A DNA stretch of 64,000 bases from Longimicrobiales bacterium (lineage in GTDB: Bacteria > Gemmatimonadota > Gemmatimonadetes > Longimicrobiales > Gaopeijiaceae). Numbering within the stretch: position 1 is the first letter of the stretch; each line of letters starts with the position of its first letter. The notes beneath the pieces are model-generated. The model was not told the DNA's origin, did not search any database, and saw only the letters and a list, made by a program, of their open reading frames with translations. Positions 43,000 through 52,009 of the stretch are shown here, piece after piece. The stretch lies in contig CBDBCF010000001.1 in NCBI GenBank assembly GCA_965202985.1, positions 704,001-768,000 of the forward strand, given 5' to 3'. The position numbers and the translations under genes are program-made.

Positions 43000-45900
43000 T
43001 CACTTAGCCGCCTGCCGCCCACCGCTCACCACGTCCAGCCACCGACTGTTGACCGCCTCCGAGATGCTCTCGCGCACGAGGCCCCAGGGCATGCGCTCGC
43101 CGCGCTGGTGGGACAGGGCGCGCTCGATAGCGACGCCGTTCGTTTCGCCGTCCGTCCATGCGTCGGGCAGCGCCTCTTCGGTGAACTCCTGCACGGGGAC
43201 CAGAGCAGGCGCCGGCCGCAACACGGCGTCTTCGTCCAGCACGCCCGCAGGGATTTCGTCCTTCCAGCAGGAGCTGGGGCCGTTGACCAGCCAAAGTGCA
43301 CCGGCCCCCACGGCCTTGCGGACCGCTTCGAGCACCGCGTCGGGAGGGCAGGCGGGAACCGCGAGCATGTCGTCGTAGCCCTGCTTGCTCACCTGGACAA
43401 CGTGTCCGCCTGCGAAGTAGGCGAGCAAGTCGCGGACGGGAAGGCGGTGTTCGGCGGCCGCCCCGGCGTCGGCAGGCCAGAGGCCGGGCAGGCGGTCGGG
43501 ACCCAGAAGAGGCACGTGCAAGCTCTTCAGGTCGGCCTTTTCCGGCAAGACGACTTCCAATGCCGGGTCCGCTGCCGACGGCGACTCCACGGGCTCGCGC
43601 CACCAAGTGCGCCGGGTTCCGTCGGGCCGCACCAGCCGAGCGACAAGCAGCCCGCGCTCGACGCCCTGCAGGACCGTGGTCAGCAGTATCCGCGTGTTGA
43701 GGAGCTTGGGCAGACGGGGGTTGCGGGCGAACGGAGCCGCCAAGTCCTTTACGAACCTGGCCTTCTCGTCTTCTAGCCAGAGGTTGTAGGGTCCGCCGGG
43801 CAACAGCGCCTCGGCGTCCACCGCCGTTTCCTTGATGCGGGAGCGCTCGTCGTTCTTGATCTGGGGGAACAAAGGTTCCGCGCTTGCCGGCAGCTTGAAG
43901 GCGTGAACGACGTTGTCTTCGTTGACCGTCACGACGACCCCGTACGCTTGGCGCACCACATCCGGAACGCGGTTGCGCGCTTCGCGAAGTAGGCGGCGCA
44001 GCCGTTCGGCGCGCAGCGGGTCCACGCTCGTGTTGCGCAACTGGGCGTCCACGTGCTCCCAGCCCAACAGCGAGCGCACTTGCATGCGGGCAGCTTCCAA
44101 CCCGTTTCGCGAAGGGACGGCCAAGACGAGCGTATTGCGGGCAACACGCGGCTGGCCTCGGTCGGACTTGACGTCGATGCAGCGCTTGGCCACGGGGCTG
44201 GGCCGCCCCGAATCCGATGTCGCTTCGGGGCCGAGGATCACGTAGTGAAAGTCTCCGTCGTCAGCCACTTCGGCGGGCGAAGCGGGGAGCAGGTGACACT
44301 TCGCGCCCGCCGCGGCCGCGCCCCCGTCCAGCTTGCTCCGGCACTTGCGCACGGTCTTCAGCAGGCGCTCCGTCACGTCGGCGTCGGTGACGCGCCGCGC
44401 ACAAGCTTCGTCGTGCATGTTGCGCAGATTGGGGCGGGTGCCCAGCCGCCACTCCTTGGGAAGGCTCTGGCCGTCGTCGTTCGAGTCCTCGTCGTCCAGG
44501 AACCACGAGACGTCGCGCCAGCGGAGCAGTCCCTTCTCGAACTCGATGGCGTCGGGGCCGGAAGTTCCCGCCAGCCGTTGCAGCTCGAACGTCGTGACCT
44601 TGCCGCCGCGCGGCGAATGCAGGAACACCGAGACGACGGCCTGCTCGACTTCGCGGTTCCGCTCCAGGTCCCGATGGTCGCTCTGAACCAGGCGCGCCTT
44701 GTCGAACTCGGCCTGCAGCAGCTTGCCCCAGTCGGCGGTCTTCCCCGCCGTGGCCGAGTTCGCGGTGTTGGCGAGCTCGCTCAGAGCCGTCGAGACGCTT
44801 TCCTCGCCGGGCGCCGCCAAGAGGGCGGACGCTCCCACGACGGGGCTGCGGTCCCACTTCTCGGCCTCCCGAAGCGCCGTCGCAAGGGTGCGCAAGATGC
44901 CGCGGGTCCGCTGAAAGTCGTCCAGCTGGGTCCAGCGGCTGTAGAAGACGTCGGTCATGTCCGGGTGGAAGGGGAAGCTTTGGACGACGCGGTCCTCTGC
45001 CCCGGCCTTGTCCTTCGCGATCGTCTCGTCCAGCTTGGCCAAGCCGCGAACGACCGCGATGGCCTGGCTGCGTCGCGCGTCGTCGTCGGGCATCTCCTGG
45101 AAGAAGCGCCGCCGCAGCACCTCCGCCACGTCTTCTTTGCGCACGGGCTGGACGCCCTCCTCGCGCTGCCGCCGGAAGACCGCGAACAAGTCGCTCTTGA
45201 GAACGCCGCCCAGGTCGCCCTGTTCCTTCGACGGGTCGGTGGCAAGGAGCGACGCCACGATCGCCGCCCGGTCCACCTTGGCGACGGCTTGGTTCAGGTA
45301 TTGGAAGAAGTCGCGGATGCGGTCGCGCCAGACGGGATCGAGTCCGGCCTTCTCGCGAGCGTACATCAGCACTTCGTCCACCAGGATCAACGTGCCCAGG
45401 CCGTCGCGACCCGGAACCTCCAGCAACTTGGCAAGGAGCGGCTCGGCCGGCGGCGTCTCTCGTTCTTCGTCTTTGTCATCCGCGTGGATGGCGCGCAGTC
45501 CGTCGGCACCCGCCAGCTGGAAGGCCAGCACGCTCCACGGATGCTTGAGTGTGCGCCGCTCGCCGTTCGGTGCACGCACGTCCTCAATGCCCTTCTCGGC
45601 GTCGATCTTGTCAAAGCACAGCGTGGCGACAAACGCCCGCGGCAGGTCCTCGCCCACGTGCTCGCGGAACGCCGTCACCGTAGGCGAGTCCGGCAACGCA
45701 CCGGGATCGCGGAAGAGATGGTACAGCGTGATCAGCGTGTGGGTCTTGCCGCCGCCGTAGGTGAGTTCCAACTGCCGGATCGCCCGGTCGGTCCTGCCGG
45801 AGAGGCGAAGCGCCACGTCCTTGACCAGCTCGCGGAGCGGCGGCGTCGGGAAGGTGAGGTCGAAGAACCGGGCCGGGTTCTCGTAGATCGGACGCTTTCC

Positions 45901-46011
45901 CCGCACCAGCGCGACCTCGTGAAGATCGGCGGCGAACTGGGCCAGCGTGAGCTCGCCGCTGCGGAGTTCGTCCTTGAGGCTGACGAGAGCGGTCCAGGGC
46001 TTGGGCTTCAT
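43000..46011 (-). CDS. DUF499 AAA+ ATPase of a restriction-like defence system
   Basis: PW...FAADL, Walker A YGGGKTH, Walker B LILVDE, FPFHP, FQRTRGILR. Confidence 0.88.
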   Translation of the reverse strand: MKPKPWTALVSLKDELRSGELTLAQFAADLHEVALVRGKRPIYENPARFFDLTFPTPPLRELVKDVALRLSGRTDRAIRQLELTYGGGKTHTLITLYHLFRDPGALPDSPTVTAFREHVGEDLPRAFVATLCFDKIDAEKGIEDVRAPNGERRTLKHPWSVLAFQLAGADGLRAIHADDKDEERETPPAEPLLAKLLEVPGRDGLGTLILVDEVLMYAREKAGLDPVWRDRIRDFFQYLNQAVAKVDRAAIVASLLATDPSKEQGDLGGVLKSDLFAVFRRQREEGVQPVRKEDVAEVLRRRFFQEMPDDDARRSQAIAVVRGLAKLDETIAKDKAGAEDRVVQSFPFHPDMTDVFYSRWTQLDDFQRTRGILRTLATALREAEKWDRSPVVGASALLAAPGEESVSTALSELANTANSATAGKTADWGKLLQAEFDKARLVQSDHRDLERNREVEQAVVSVFLHSPRGGKVTTFELQRLAGTSGPDAIEFEKGLLRWRDVSWFLDDEDSNDDGQSLPKEWRLGTRPNLRNMHDEACARRVTDADVTERLLKTVRKCRSKLDGGAAAAGAKCHLLPASPAEVADDGDFHYVILGPEATSDSGRPSPVAKRCIDVKSDRGQPRVARNTLVLAVPSRNGLEAARMQVRSLLGWEHVDAQLRNTSVDPLRAERLRRLLREARNRVPDVVRQAYGVVVTVNEDNVVHAFKLPASAEPLFPQIKNDERSRIKETAVDAEALLPGGPYNLWLEDEKARFVKDLAAPFARNPRLPKLLNTRILLTTVLQGVERGLLVARLVRPDGTRRTWWREPVESPSAADPALEVVLPEKADLKSLHVPLLGPDRLPGLWPADAGAAAEHRLPVRDLLAYFAGGHVVQVSKQGYDDMLAVPACPPDAVLEAVRKAVGAGALWLVNGPSSCWKDEIPAGVLDEDAVLRPAPALVPVQEFTEEALPDAWTDGETNGVAIERALSHQRGERMPWGLVRESISEAVNSRWLDVVSGGRQAAK

Positions 46012-46661
46012 GAGTGCGTTTCGGGTTTGGGAAACCAGCGGCGCAGCGTGGCGAGGAGTTCCTGGAAGGCGGGATCCCGGCATTCGTCCACTTCGGCGAC
46101 CGCCGCCATCTTCTCGAACATGCGAGCGTTCCGTCGGAGCGGCCGGCCGGAAGGAGCCCGGCGTATGGCCTCTGTCATCGCCTTCTTCGGCGTGGGCGGC
46201 TTGGCATGGCTATCCGGCCACAATCCTCTTGCCGTCAAGCAAGCACGCATTTCCTGAGCGTCTCCGGCCCAGCCGAGAACGTTGGCAGCTGCCGCCAAGT
46301 CGCCCCAGAACCATGCTTCGAGTTCTGGTTGAATTACAATCACGTTCGCCCGGCTGTCCCATCCGTTGCGGGCAAGTTCGGCTTCAAGTCGTGCCCGAAT
46401 TCGATCTCTCGAATCCCTGCTTCCGCAACCGTGGTGGTCAAAGATCACGAGACAGTGACTGTACTTGCCCAGGTGCCGACGCAAGAACTCCACGGCGTCG
46501 GTCCGGCAGCCGGGATCTCGGCCGGGGTGCTTCTCCACGGCGAATCCGAAACATGCTGCGCCGAGCGCTTTCGGGCGGGCCAGCAACGTCCTCATCGTCC
46601 ACATCATGTCGGTGTCGGCGACCAGCACGATCAGATCGCCGACACCGAGCGACGGCTTCAT
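46008..46661 (-). CDS. MAD4/DUF4276-like partner of the ABC-type ATPase
   Basis: DLIVLVAD, HPGRDPGC, IFDHHGCG, IQPELEAWFW; ATGA overlap with the upstream ATPase. The MAD4 name is recalled, not searched. Confidence 0.6.
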   Translation of the reverse strand: MKPSLGVGDLIVLVADTDMMWTMRTLLARPKALGAACFGFAVEKHPGRDPGCRTDAVEFLRRHLGKYSHCLVIFDHHGCGSRDSRDRIRARLEAELARNGWDSRANVIVIQPELEAWFWGDLAAAANVLGWAGDAQEMRACLTARGLWPDSHAKPPTPKKAMTEAIRRAPSGRPLRRNARMFEKMAAVAEVDECRDPAFQELLATLRRWFPKPETHS

Positions 46662-47947
46662 TCGACGACTCCCTTGGCAAAGAACACCTCCATGTTGACA
46701 GCCCCCTGCCACTCCCGGACGACGGGGTGGCAGTCGCCTCTGACGACGTCCGTCGCCCCTTCGGTGTCTTTGGCACAGCAAAGTACGTCTTCTGGACTGG
46801 CCTTGGACAGAAACGCGGGAGAATGGGTTGCAACGAGAATCTGGGAGGCGCCGGCAGAAGAAGTAGCGTCGTAAATGGCGTCAAGCGCCGAGAGGTGAAC
46901 GCCATTCTCCGGTTCGTCCAGCAGGTACACTTGATCCTTCTTGGCCATGTACGCTGCCAGCATAAGGGCGAGGAATCGCAAGGTGCCGTCGGATGCCATC
47001 CACGATGGAACTTCGACGCCAGTGCCGTACTCGAGCATTAGGTAGTGCGTACGATCTTCGGGGCGATGGACGACGCGGACGCCGACCAAGTCTTCCAGCT
47101 CCACTTGGACATGGTTCATCCAAGCATTGTAGAGCTCCCTGTCATTCTCCAGAACATCCTTCAATGTCCATGGCAGTCTTGCACCGCGCAAGGCCAACGG
47201 GTTCCGACCGGACGCGAAACCGCTTGGTGCTCGCATTGTACCGCTGTCCAAGAATACTGAGTTTATGCCAGCAGAGAGTAGGGAATAGAAGTACCTGGAG
47301 ACCGGAGAGCGAGTCTGGTCGAGGAGTCGAAGATGGGACATCAGCGGGTCAGTCGGCAGTTGCCCAAGTACCGTGCTGGCTGGCACCTCGTCCTGCAGTC
47401 TTGCTGGAATCTGATCTTCGGCTCTGAATATGAGTTGACCAAAACCACGCTCAAGTACCACTAGTGAGTGGTCGTGTCGGACTCTGGACAAGATCGTCTT
47501 GGGGGGTTGCGATGGCCCGGGGAAGGAGCGTCGGGGAGTTTGCGACGCGGCCAGTGGCGATTGGTTGGAGATCAGTATTCCCCGTTCGTCGTAGATGTGC
47601 TGAATGTTTTCGGCGACCTCTCCAACCGCGATCTCGTAGCGATACGTATTGAACTCCTGGTTGGTGCGAACATGGCCTCGCAAGTCTGCAGGAACTGCGA
47701 TTTCCAGGGCAAGCTCAAAGCTCATATCTTCCGTCGGCCTGCCCCACACGAGGTCCTGGAAGTTGTACGTGCGGTTCGAGATCGCCTTTTCCAGTCCATC
47801 CCGAACGAAGTCGCTCATGAACGACACGACGTCGAACAGAGTGCTCTTGCCGCTGGCATTGGGGCCGATCAGAACGTGGAAGCGGTCGAGCGTCACGTCC
47901 ACATAGCGGAGACAGCGGTAGTTTAGCGCTTGGATCCGAGTGATCAT
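46658..47947 (-). CDS. ABC/AAA_21-type ATPase (MAD3-like)
   Basis: MITRIQALNYRCL, Walker A GPNASGKS, signature SDGTLRFL, Walker B LLDEPENG, ATHSP. Confidence 0.8.
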   Translation of the reverse strand: MITRIQALNYRCLRYVDVTLDRFHVLIGPNASGKSTLFDVVSFMSDFVRDGLEKAISNRTYNFQDLVWGRPTEDMSFELALEIAVPADLRGHVRTNQEFNTYRYEIAVGEVAENIQHIYDERGILISNQSPLAASQTPRRSFPGPSQPPKTILSRVRHDHSLVVLERGFGQLIFRAEDQIPARLQDEVPASTVLGQLPTDPLMSHLRLLDQTRSPVSRYFYSLLSAGINSVFLDSGTMRAPSGFASGRNPLALRGARLPWTLKDVLENDRELYNAWMNHVQVELEDLVGVRVVHRPEDRTHYLMLEYGTGVEVPSWMASDGTLRFLALMLAAYMAKKDQVYLLDEPENGVHLSALDAIYDATSSAGASQILVATHSPAFLSKASPEDVLCCAKDTEGATDVVRGDCHPVVREWQGAVNMEVFFAKGVVE

Positions 47948-47996
47948 GGCACCACTCTCCCCTCGTGCTCGCGGGTCCCAGCGGCGTGGTGACGGG

Positions 47997-48086
47997 CTAG
48001 CACGACGGGACCCAGGGGTTCAGCAGGTCGAGACCGCGGAGCTCGTCCTTGAGGCTAACGAGAGCGGTCCGGGGCTTGGGCTTCAT
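47997..48086 (-). other. chimeric recombination scar: DUF499 5' end fused to vapC 3' end
   Basis: 48036-48086 matches 45961-46011 at 48/51 nt; 48002-48036 matches 51314-51348 at 32/35 nt; reads MKPKPRTALVSLKDELR-GLDLLNPWVPSC*. Confidence 0.9.
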
Positions 48087-48149
48087 TTCTCGATCGATCA
48101 CGTGGGCTGCCCGCTCAATCCAGTGACGTCCTGCATCTCGATGTCTTCG

Positions 48150-50168
48150 TCAGTCAGGATGCAGCGGGTCGTAGTCGTCGATATCCTTGATCACACCTTC
48201 CAAGTCCACCTTATGCCGTCTTTGGTCGACGTAAGCGCTGTATGCGTTGTATGCGTCATCAAGCAACTCTTCGTAGAACACAATTCGCGACTGGTAGGAG
48301 TCCAAGGCCCTTGTCGAGGAGTCTTGTCCACCGTCGTCAGCCCAGTCACTGGGTTCCCGTCCCAGCAACACAACAAATTCCATCGGCTCGTTCGACCGTC
48401 CTTGGGCGCGGAGCAGTTTCGCCATTCCCGATCTGTACTTCCGCACTTGCTCAATAATCTGTGGAGTCGACACTATCCTCTTTGGTCGCTTCAGCTCTAT
48501 AAAGATGTGTTTTCCGGCCGCCTTGCGATACTTGATGTCAAATCGGGCACGTCTTTCTTCCTCGGACAACTTTGCGTCAACTTCCTCCAGGAGCTTGGAC
48601 ACCCGACGTTCCATGTGTTCCGAGCCTTCCACCCGTTCCCAGGATGGATCCAACAACCAGAGATGCTCGAACAAGAATTCTTGAATATCACGCTCAATCA
48701 GATTATCGTCCACCTTTTGTCGCAATACGTCAATTTGACGCAACCGTTGTCGTGTTATCTGACCGTACAAGCTGCTCTCCACATCGTCCAGACTCTTGAA
48801 CACCTTGAGAGTTGCCTCCAGATTCCCATCCGAGACTGCCTCCAGTTGGCGCAGGTCTTCGTTGGCCCTATAGAATTCAAAAGCCAAGACTGCGTGTTTG
48901 ATCAAGCTTTTCTGTTCGTTCACGTCCTCTATCCGAAGCCGGTTTAGGCGCCCAAGCCAAGCCCGAGCTTTCTTGCGAGGCTCGCCCGGCAACTGGCTCA
49001 GCCACTTCTTGACAGCAGGAATGCTCATTGCCGTCTTTACGCCTTCGTCGGATCGCAATTCCTTCCAGCGCTTCTGAATGTGTTTCAGTTCTCGCCAGAC
49101 GATATCCTGCAGGTTCCGATACCTCTCGTCATCCTCCACAATGCGCTGGCGACTACTTGTGGTCGCATCGTCGTCCTCCAGCGTATCCGTTCCAGGGCCG
49201 TCATATTGATCGAAGTCGTCGACGTGAAGTTCGCCGATCAAGTAGCTCGCATACACCCCTCTTTCGGACAAATCCGCAAGCATATCCTCCTGGGCTAGCT
49301 TGCCGCGGACAAATATGGCAATGCGATTCAGGTTGTCACCGCGATCGCTACCGGCACCGTCCTCGTCCTTCAGGTCTCTGACTCTTCTAACTGCCGCCAA
49401 CCAGCCGGCCACGGATAGGCCGTTTTGGCTTGCGTAGTCTGTACGATCTTCGTGTTCTTCGACATTGCACTGGGACATCACATGTTCTTGGTCGCCATAT
49501 GTCCATATATACCGAATCTTGCCGTAGTAGTCGCGGTCGGCGGGCGTGACCTCGTCTTCATTGACGACTACCCGGAATCCTTGCTCGGCGCCGATAATCG
49601 AAAAGCGGCGCGCTACTCGCCTCTTGAGCCCTGTAGTTGTCCTAATGGATTGTCGACGTCGGAGGTTACGAAGGGTAAGTCTGGTGCCGTTTGGGAAGTC
49701 TATGGACTCGGTAGATCGGGGCTCCGCATTGTAGATTCCGGCTCCTCCTGCCCTACGGATTTCATCGCGTATCTTTTTTACGTCGAGTCGGAATGCGTTC
49801 TTGAATCCGTCCTTGGCAGTCTCCACGTCTATTACTCTCGCGATCGAGAATAGAGACAGCTTGCCTATTCCCTTCCGTCCCATGGGACGACGGCCCTTGT
49901 TCGTTAGGCCTGGTTGTGCGTGCCGCCTGTTGTATCCGACAATTAGAAACCGATCAACGATGTTTTCCCGGGTCATGCCGATGCCATCGTCCTGGATTAC
50001 GATGGCACCGTCTTTCTCCCAGGTGACGTGCACGGTCGATGCGTCCGCGTCCCACGCGTTGGCCACCGTCTCCGCGAGAACGGCCGGCACGTTGCTGTAG
50101 AGGTTGATACCGAGGTGCTCAAGTACGTTCAGGCTGATCGTCAGCGGGTACTTGGGCTCGGCACTCAT
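48150..50168 (-). CDS. GHKL (MORC-like) ATPase fused to a PD-(D/E)XK nuclease; HgiDII/BbrUII-like restriction enzyme
   Basis: [33 protein letters not shown]-terminal RFDI...IELKRP; visibly lower GC than the flanks. Confidence 0.78.
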   Translation of the reverse strand: MSAEPKYPLTISLNVLEHLGINLYSNVPAVLAETVANAWDADASTVHVTWEKDGAIVIQDDGIGMTRENIVDRFLIVGYNRRHAQPGLTNKGRRPMGRKGIGKLSLFSIARVIDVETAKDGFKNAFRLDVKKIRDEIRRAGGAGIYNAEPRSTESIDFPNGTRLTLRNLRRRQSIRTTTGLKRRVARRFSIIGAEQGFRVVVNEDEVTPADRDYYGKIRYIWTYGDQEHVMSQCNVEEHEDRTDYASQNGLSVAGWLAAVRRVRDLKDEDGAGSDRGDNLNRIAIFVRGKLAQEDMLADLSERGVYASYLIGELHVDDFDQYDGPGTDTLEDDDATTSSRQRIVEDDERYRNLQDIVWRELKHIQKRWKELRSDEGVKTAMSIPAVKKWLSQLPGEPRKKARAWLGRLNRLRIEDVNEQKSLIKHAVLAFEFYRANEDLRQLEAVSDGNLEATLKVFKSLDDVESSLYGQITRQRLRQIDVLRQKVDDNLIERDIQEFLFEHLWLLDPSWERVEGSEHMERRVSKLLEEVDAKLSEEERRARFDIKYRKAAGKHIFIELKRPKRIVSTPQIIEQVRKYRSGMAKLLRAQGRSNEPMEFVVLLGREPSDWADDGGQDSSTRALDSYQSRIVFYEELLDDAYNAYSAYVDQRRHKVDLEGVIKDIDDYDPLHPD

Positions 50169-51229
50169 GCCGCGTGCTCTGCCAAGTGCAACCGAACGGA
50201 ACGAGCGGTGGCTCTCGCTAACGCGACGGGCACCGCGTTGCCGATCAGCCGGCCCAGGGTCTTGAAGCGAATCTTCTCGTCGGGTGCGGTGAACCTATAC
50301 AGCGGCGGAAAGGACTGGAGGATCGAGCCCTCGCGGAGCGACAACGCCCGATCCTGTTCCGGGTGACCGAACCTGCCGTTGCCGAAACCGTAGAACTGGG
50401 TGGTGATCGTCGGCGCAGGGGACCTCCACGCCATTCGGCCGTAGACCGAACCGTATGTGCGGCCAGTATCCGCCTTGTGGCAGTCGGCGATCAGGCTGTC
50501 GTTCCAGTCGCGCCAGCTGCCGCCAGCCCTTGAAGCGCGGATGCGGGCCAAGTTCAGCGGAGAGAGGCGGCTGCATCGATGGAGAGGGTCGTCCGCATGG
50601 ACTTCGCCGGCTGCGAGCGCAGGGAGCCGGCCGATGGCGTCCCTCACGGTGGGGTAGGAGTCGGGAGCGTGGGTCGGAGGCTCCAACTCGATTGGGCCCA
50701 GTCGGGATGCCAGGAGAACTAGGCGGCTACGACGTTGGGGGACGCCGTAGTCGGGCGCAAATGCGATCTGCCAGTGGATCCGGTATCCGCCACGGCGAAG
50801 CGTGTCGAGGAAGGCGCCGAATACTTGGCCGCCTCGGAATTTGGTGAGCCGGGGCACGTTCTCCATGGACACCATGTGGGGCTGCGTCTCGGATACGATT
50901 CGGCCGAACTCCGCCAGCAGCTTCCATTGCGGGTCGGTGTTTCTGTGATTGTATGTCGAGAATGGCTGGCAAGGCGCACAGCCGACAAGCACCTGGGGAA
51001 GGCCGGACGCAAACAGCCCGGCGACTTGGCTGCCTCGAAGAGAAGCGAGATCACCTTGAATGAAGCGCGCTTGGTTGTTCTGCTCGAAAGGGAATCGACA
51101 ATCCCCGTCAATGTCGATCCCTGCGGCCACTCGGAATCCCTCCATGAGGAACCCGTGGGAGAGCCCCCCGGCACCGCAGAAGAGGTCCACCACGCTAGCC
51201 AACTGGGGCTTCTGTGCGGTGTCTCTCAT
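50165..51229 (-). CDS. dcm: C5 cytosine DNA methyltransferase
   Basis: DLFCGAGG (motif I), APCQPFS (IV), MENV (VI), QRRSR (VIII), GNAVP (X). Confidence 0.93.
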   Translation of the reverse strand: MRDTAQKPQLASVVDLFCGAGGLSHGFLMEGFRVAAGIDIDGDCRFPFEQNNQARFIQGDLASLRGSQVAGLFASGLPQVLVGCAPCQPFSTYNHRNTDPQWKLLAEFGRIVSETQPHMVSMENVPRLTKFRGGQVFGAFLDTLRRGGYRIHWQIAFAPDYGVPQRRSRLVLLASRLGPIELEPPTHAPDSYPTVRDAIGRLPALAAGEVHADDPLHRCSRLSPLNLARIRASRAGGSWRDWNDSLIADCHKADTGRTYGSVYGRMAWRSPAPTITTQFYGFGNGRFGHPEQDRALSLREGSILQSFPPLYRFTAPDEKIRFKTLGRLIGNAVPVALARATARSVRLHLAEHAA

Positions 51230-51311
51230 CGGATTCGGCCTCCGTGCGGGACCCTTCAGAGCTTCGCCACGAGGAAGATAACCGGGGGGCACGTCCGTTC
51301 TCAAGCTTGGC

Positions 51312-51681
51312 TTACGACGCCACCCAGGGGTTCAGCAGGTCGAGGCCGGTCGGTTCGAAGTCCTTGACGTTGCGGGTCACGATGGTCAGCCGGTGCCGCA
51401 GCGCGGTCGCCGCAAGGAGACCGTCGATCGCCGGAATGTGGCTGCACAGGTGTCCGGTCAGCCTGCCCCATTCGAGCACTATGGCCGCGTCCACGGGCAG
51501 GAGCGATCTCTTGGCGTCGCCGCCTACTCATATGCTCGGCGCCTCGGCGAAGTTCGCCCATCGTCAGCACGCTCACGAACAGGCTCTCGGGAGCGACGGA
51601 TTCGAACCAGGACACGACCGCAGGCGATGGGCACGGCTTCCCGAGTTCCGAGATCGTGCACGTGTCGATCAGGTAGCCCAC
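51312..51681 (-). pseudogene. vapC: VapC PIN-domain toxin, frameshifted by an internal deletion
   Basis: YLIDTCTISE...GELRRG in one frame; IDGLLAATA...VTRNVKDF...LNPW in another; a central segment is missing. Confidence 0.85.
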
Positions 51682-51941
51682 GGCTCGACCTCCGACAGAT
51701 CAACGGCCCTGGGATCGGACCGGCTGCGCTCGACGTCGATCTCCACTCCGGCCATGGGAGACGACCGAATCACCTCGGCCAGCGACTGTTGCTGGGCCTT
51801 GCGCCGACGGTACTCCTCCACCGACACGACGACCGCCGCGGGCCGTCCATGCTTCGTCACGACCTGAGGTCCCTCGTTCGACGCATCGCGCAACAGCTGG
51901 CTGAAGCGCGCCTTGGCTTCGTGAACCTGCCACATGGTCAT
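51669..51941 (-). CDS. Phd/YefM-family antitoxin
   Basis: WQVHEAKARFSQLL...GPQVVTKHGRPAAVVVS; overlaps the vapC start. Confidence 0.9.
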   Translation of the reverse strand: MTMWQVHEAKARFSQLLRDASNEGPQVVTKHGRPAAVVVSVEEYRRRKAQQQSLAEVIRSSPMAGVEIDVERSRSDPRAVDLSEVEPWAT

Positions 51942-52009
51942 TGGTCTCGTCTCCTCGCCGATCTCTCCCTTGGGTGCGTTGTGACTATTATGACCATAAT
52001 GGCGACCCA

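Noticed and set aside
47997..48086. Scar as a DGR template/variable repeat pair, or as an integron attC site
   Set aside because: The mismatches are not adenine-specific, no reverse transcriptase or integron integrase is present in the window, and there is no attC-like palindrome.
47940..48947. 335-aa plus-strand ORF
   Set aside because: Antisense to the GHKL nuclease gene and the scar, with no recognisable motifs.
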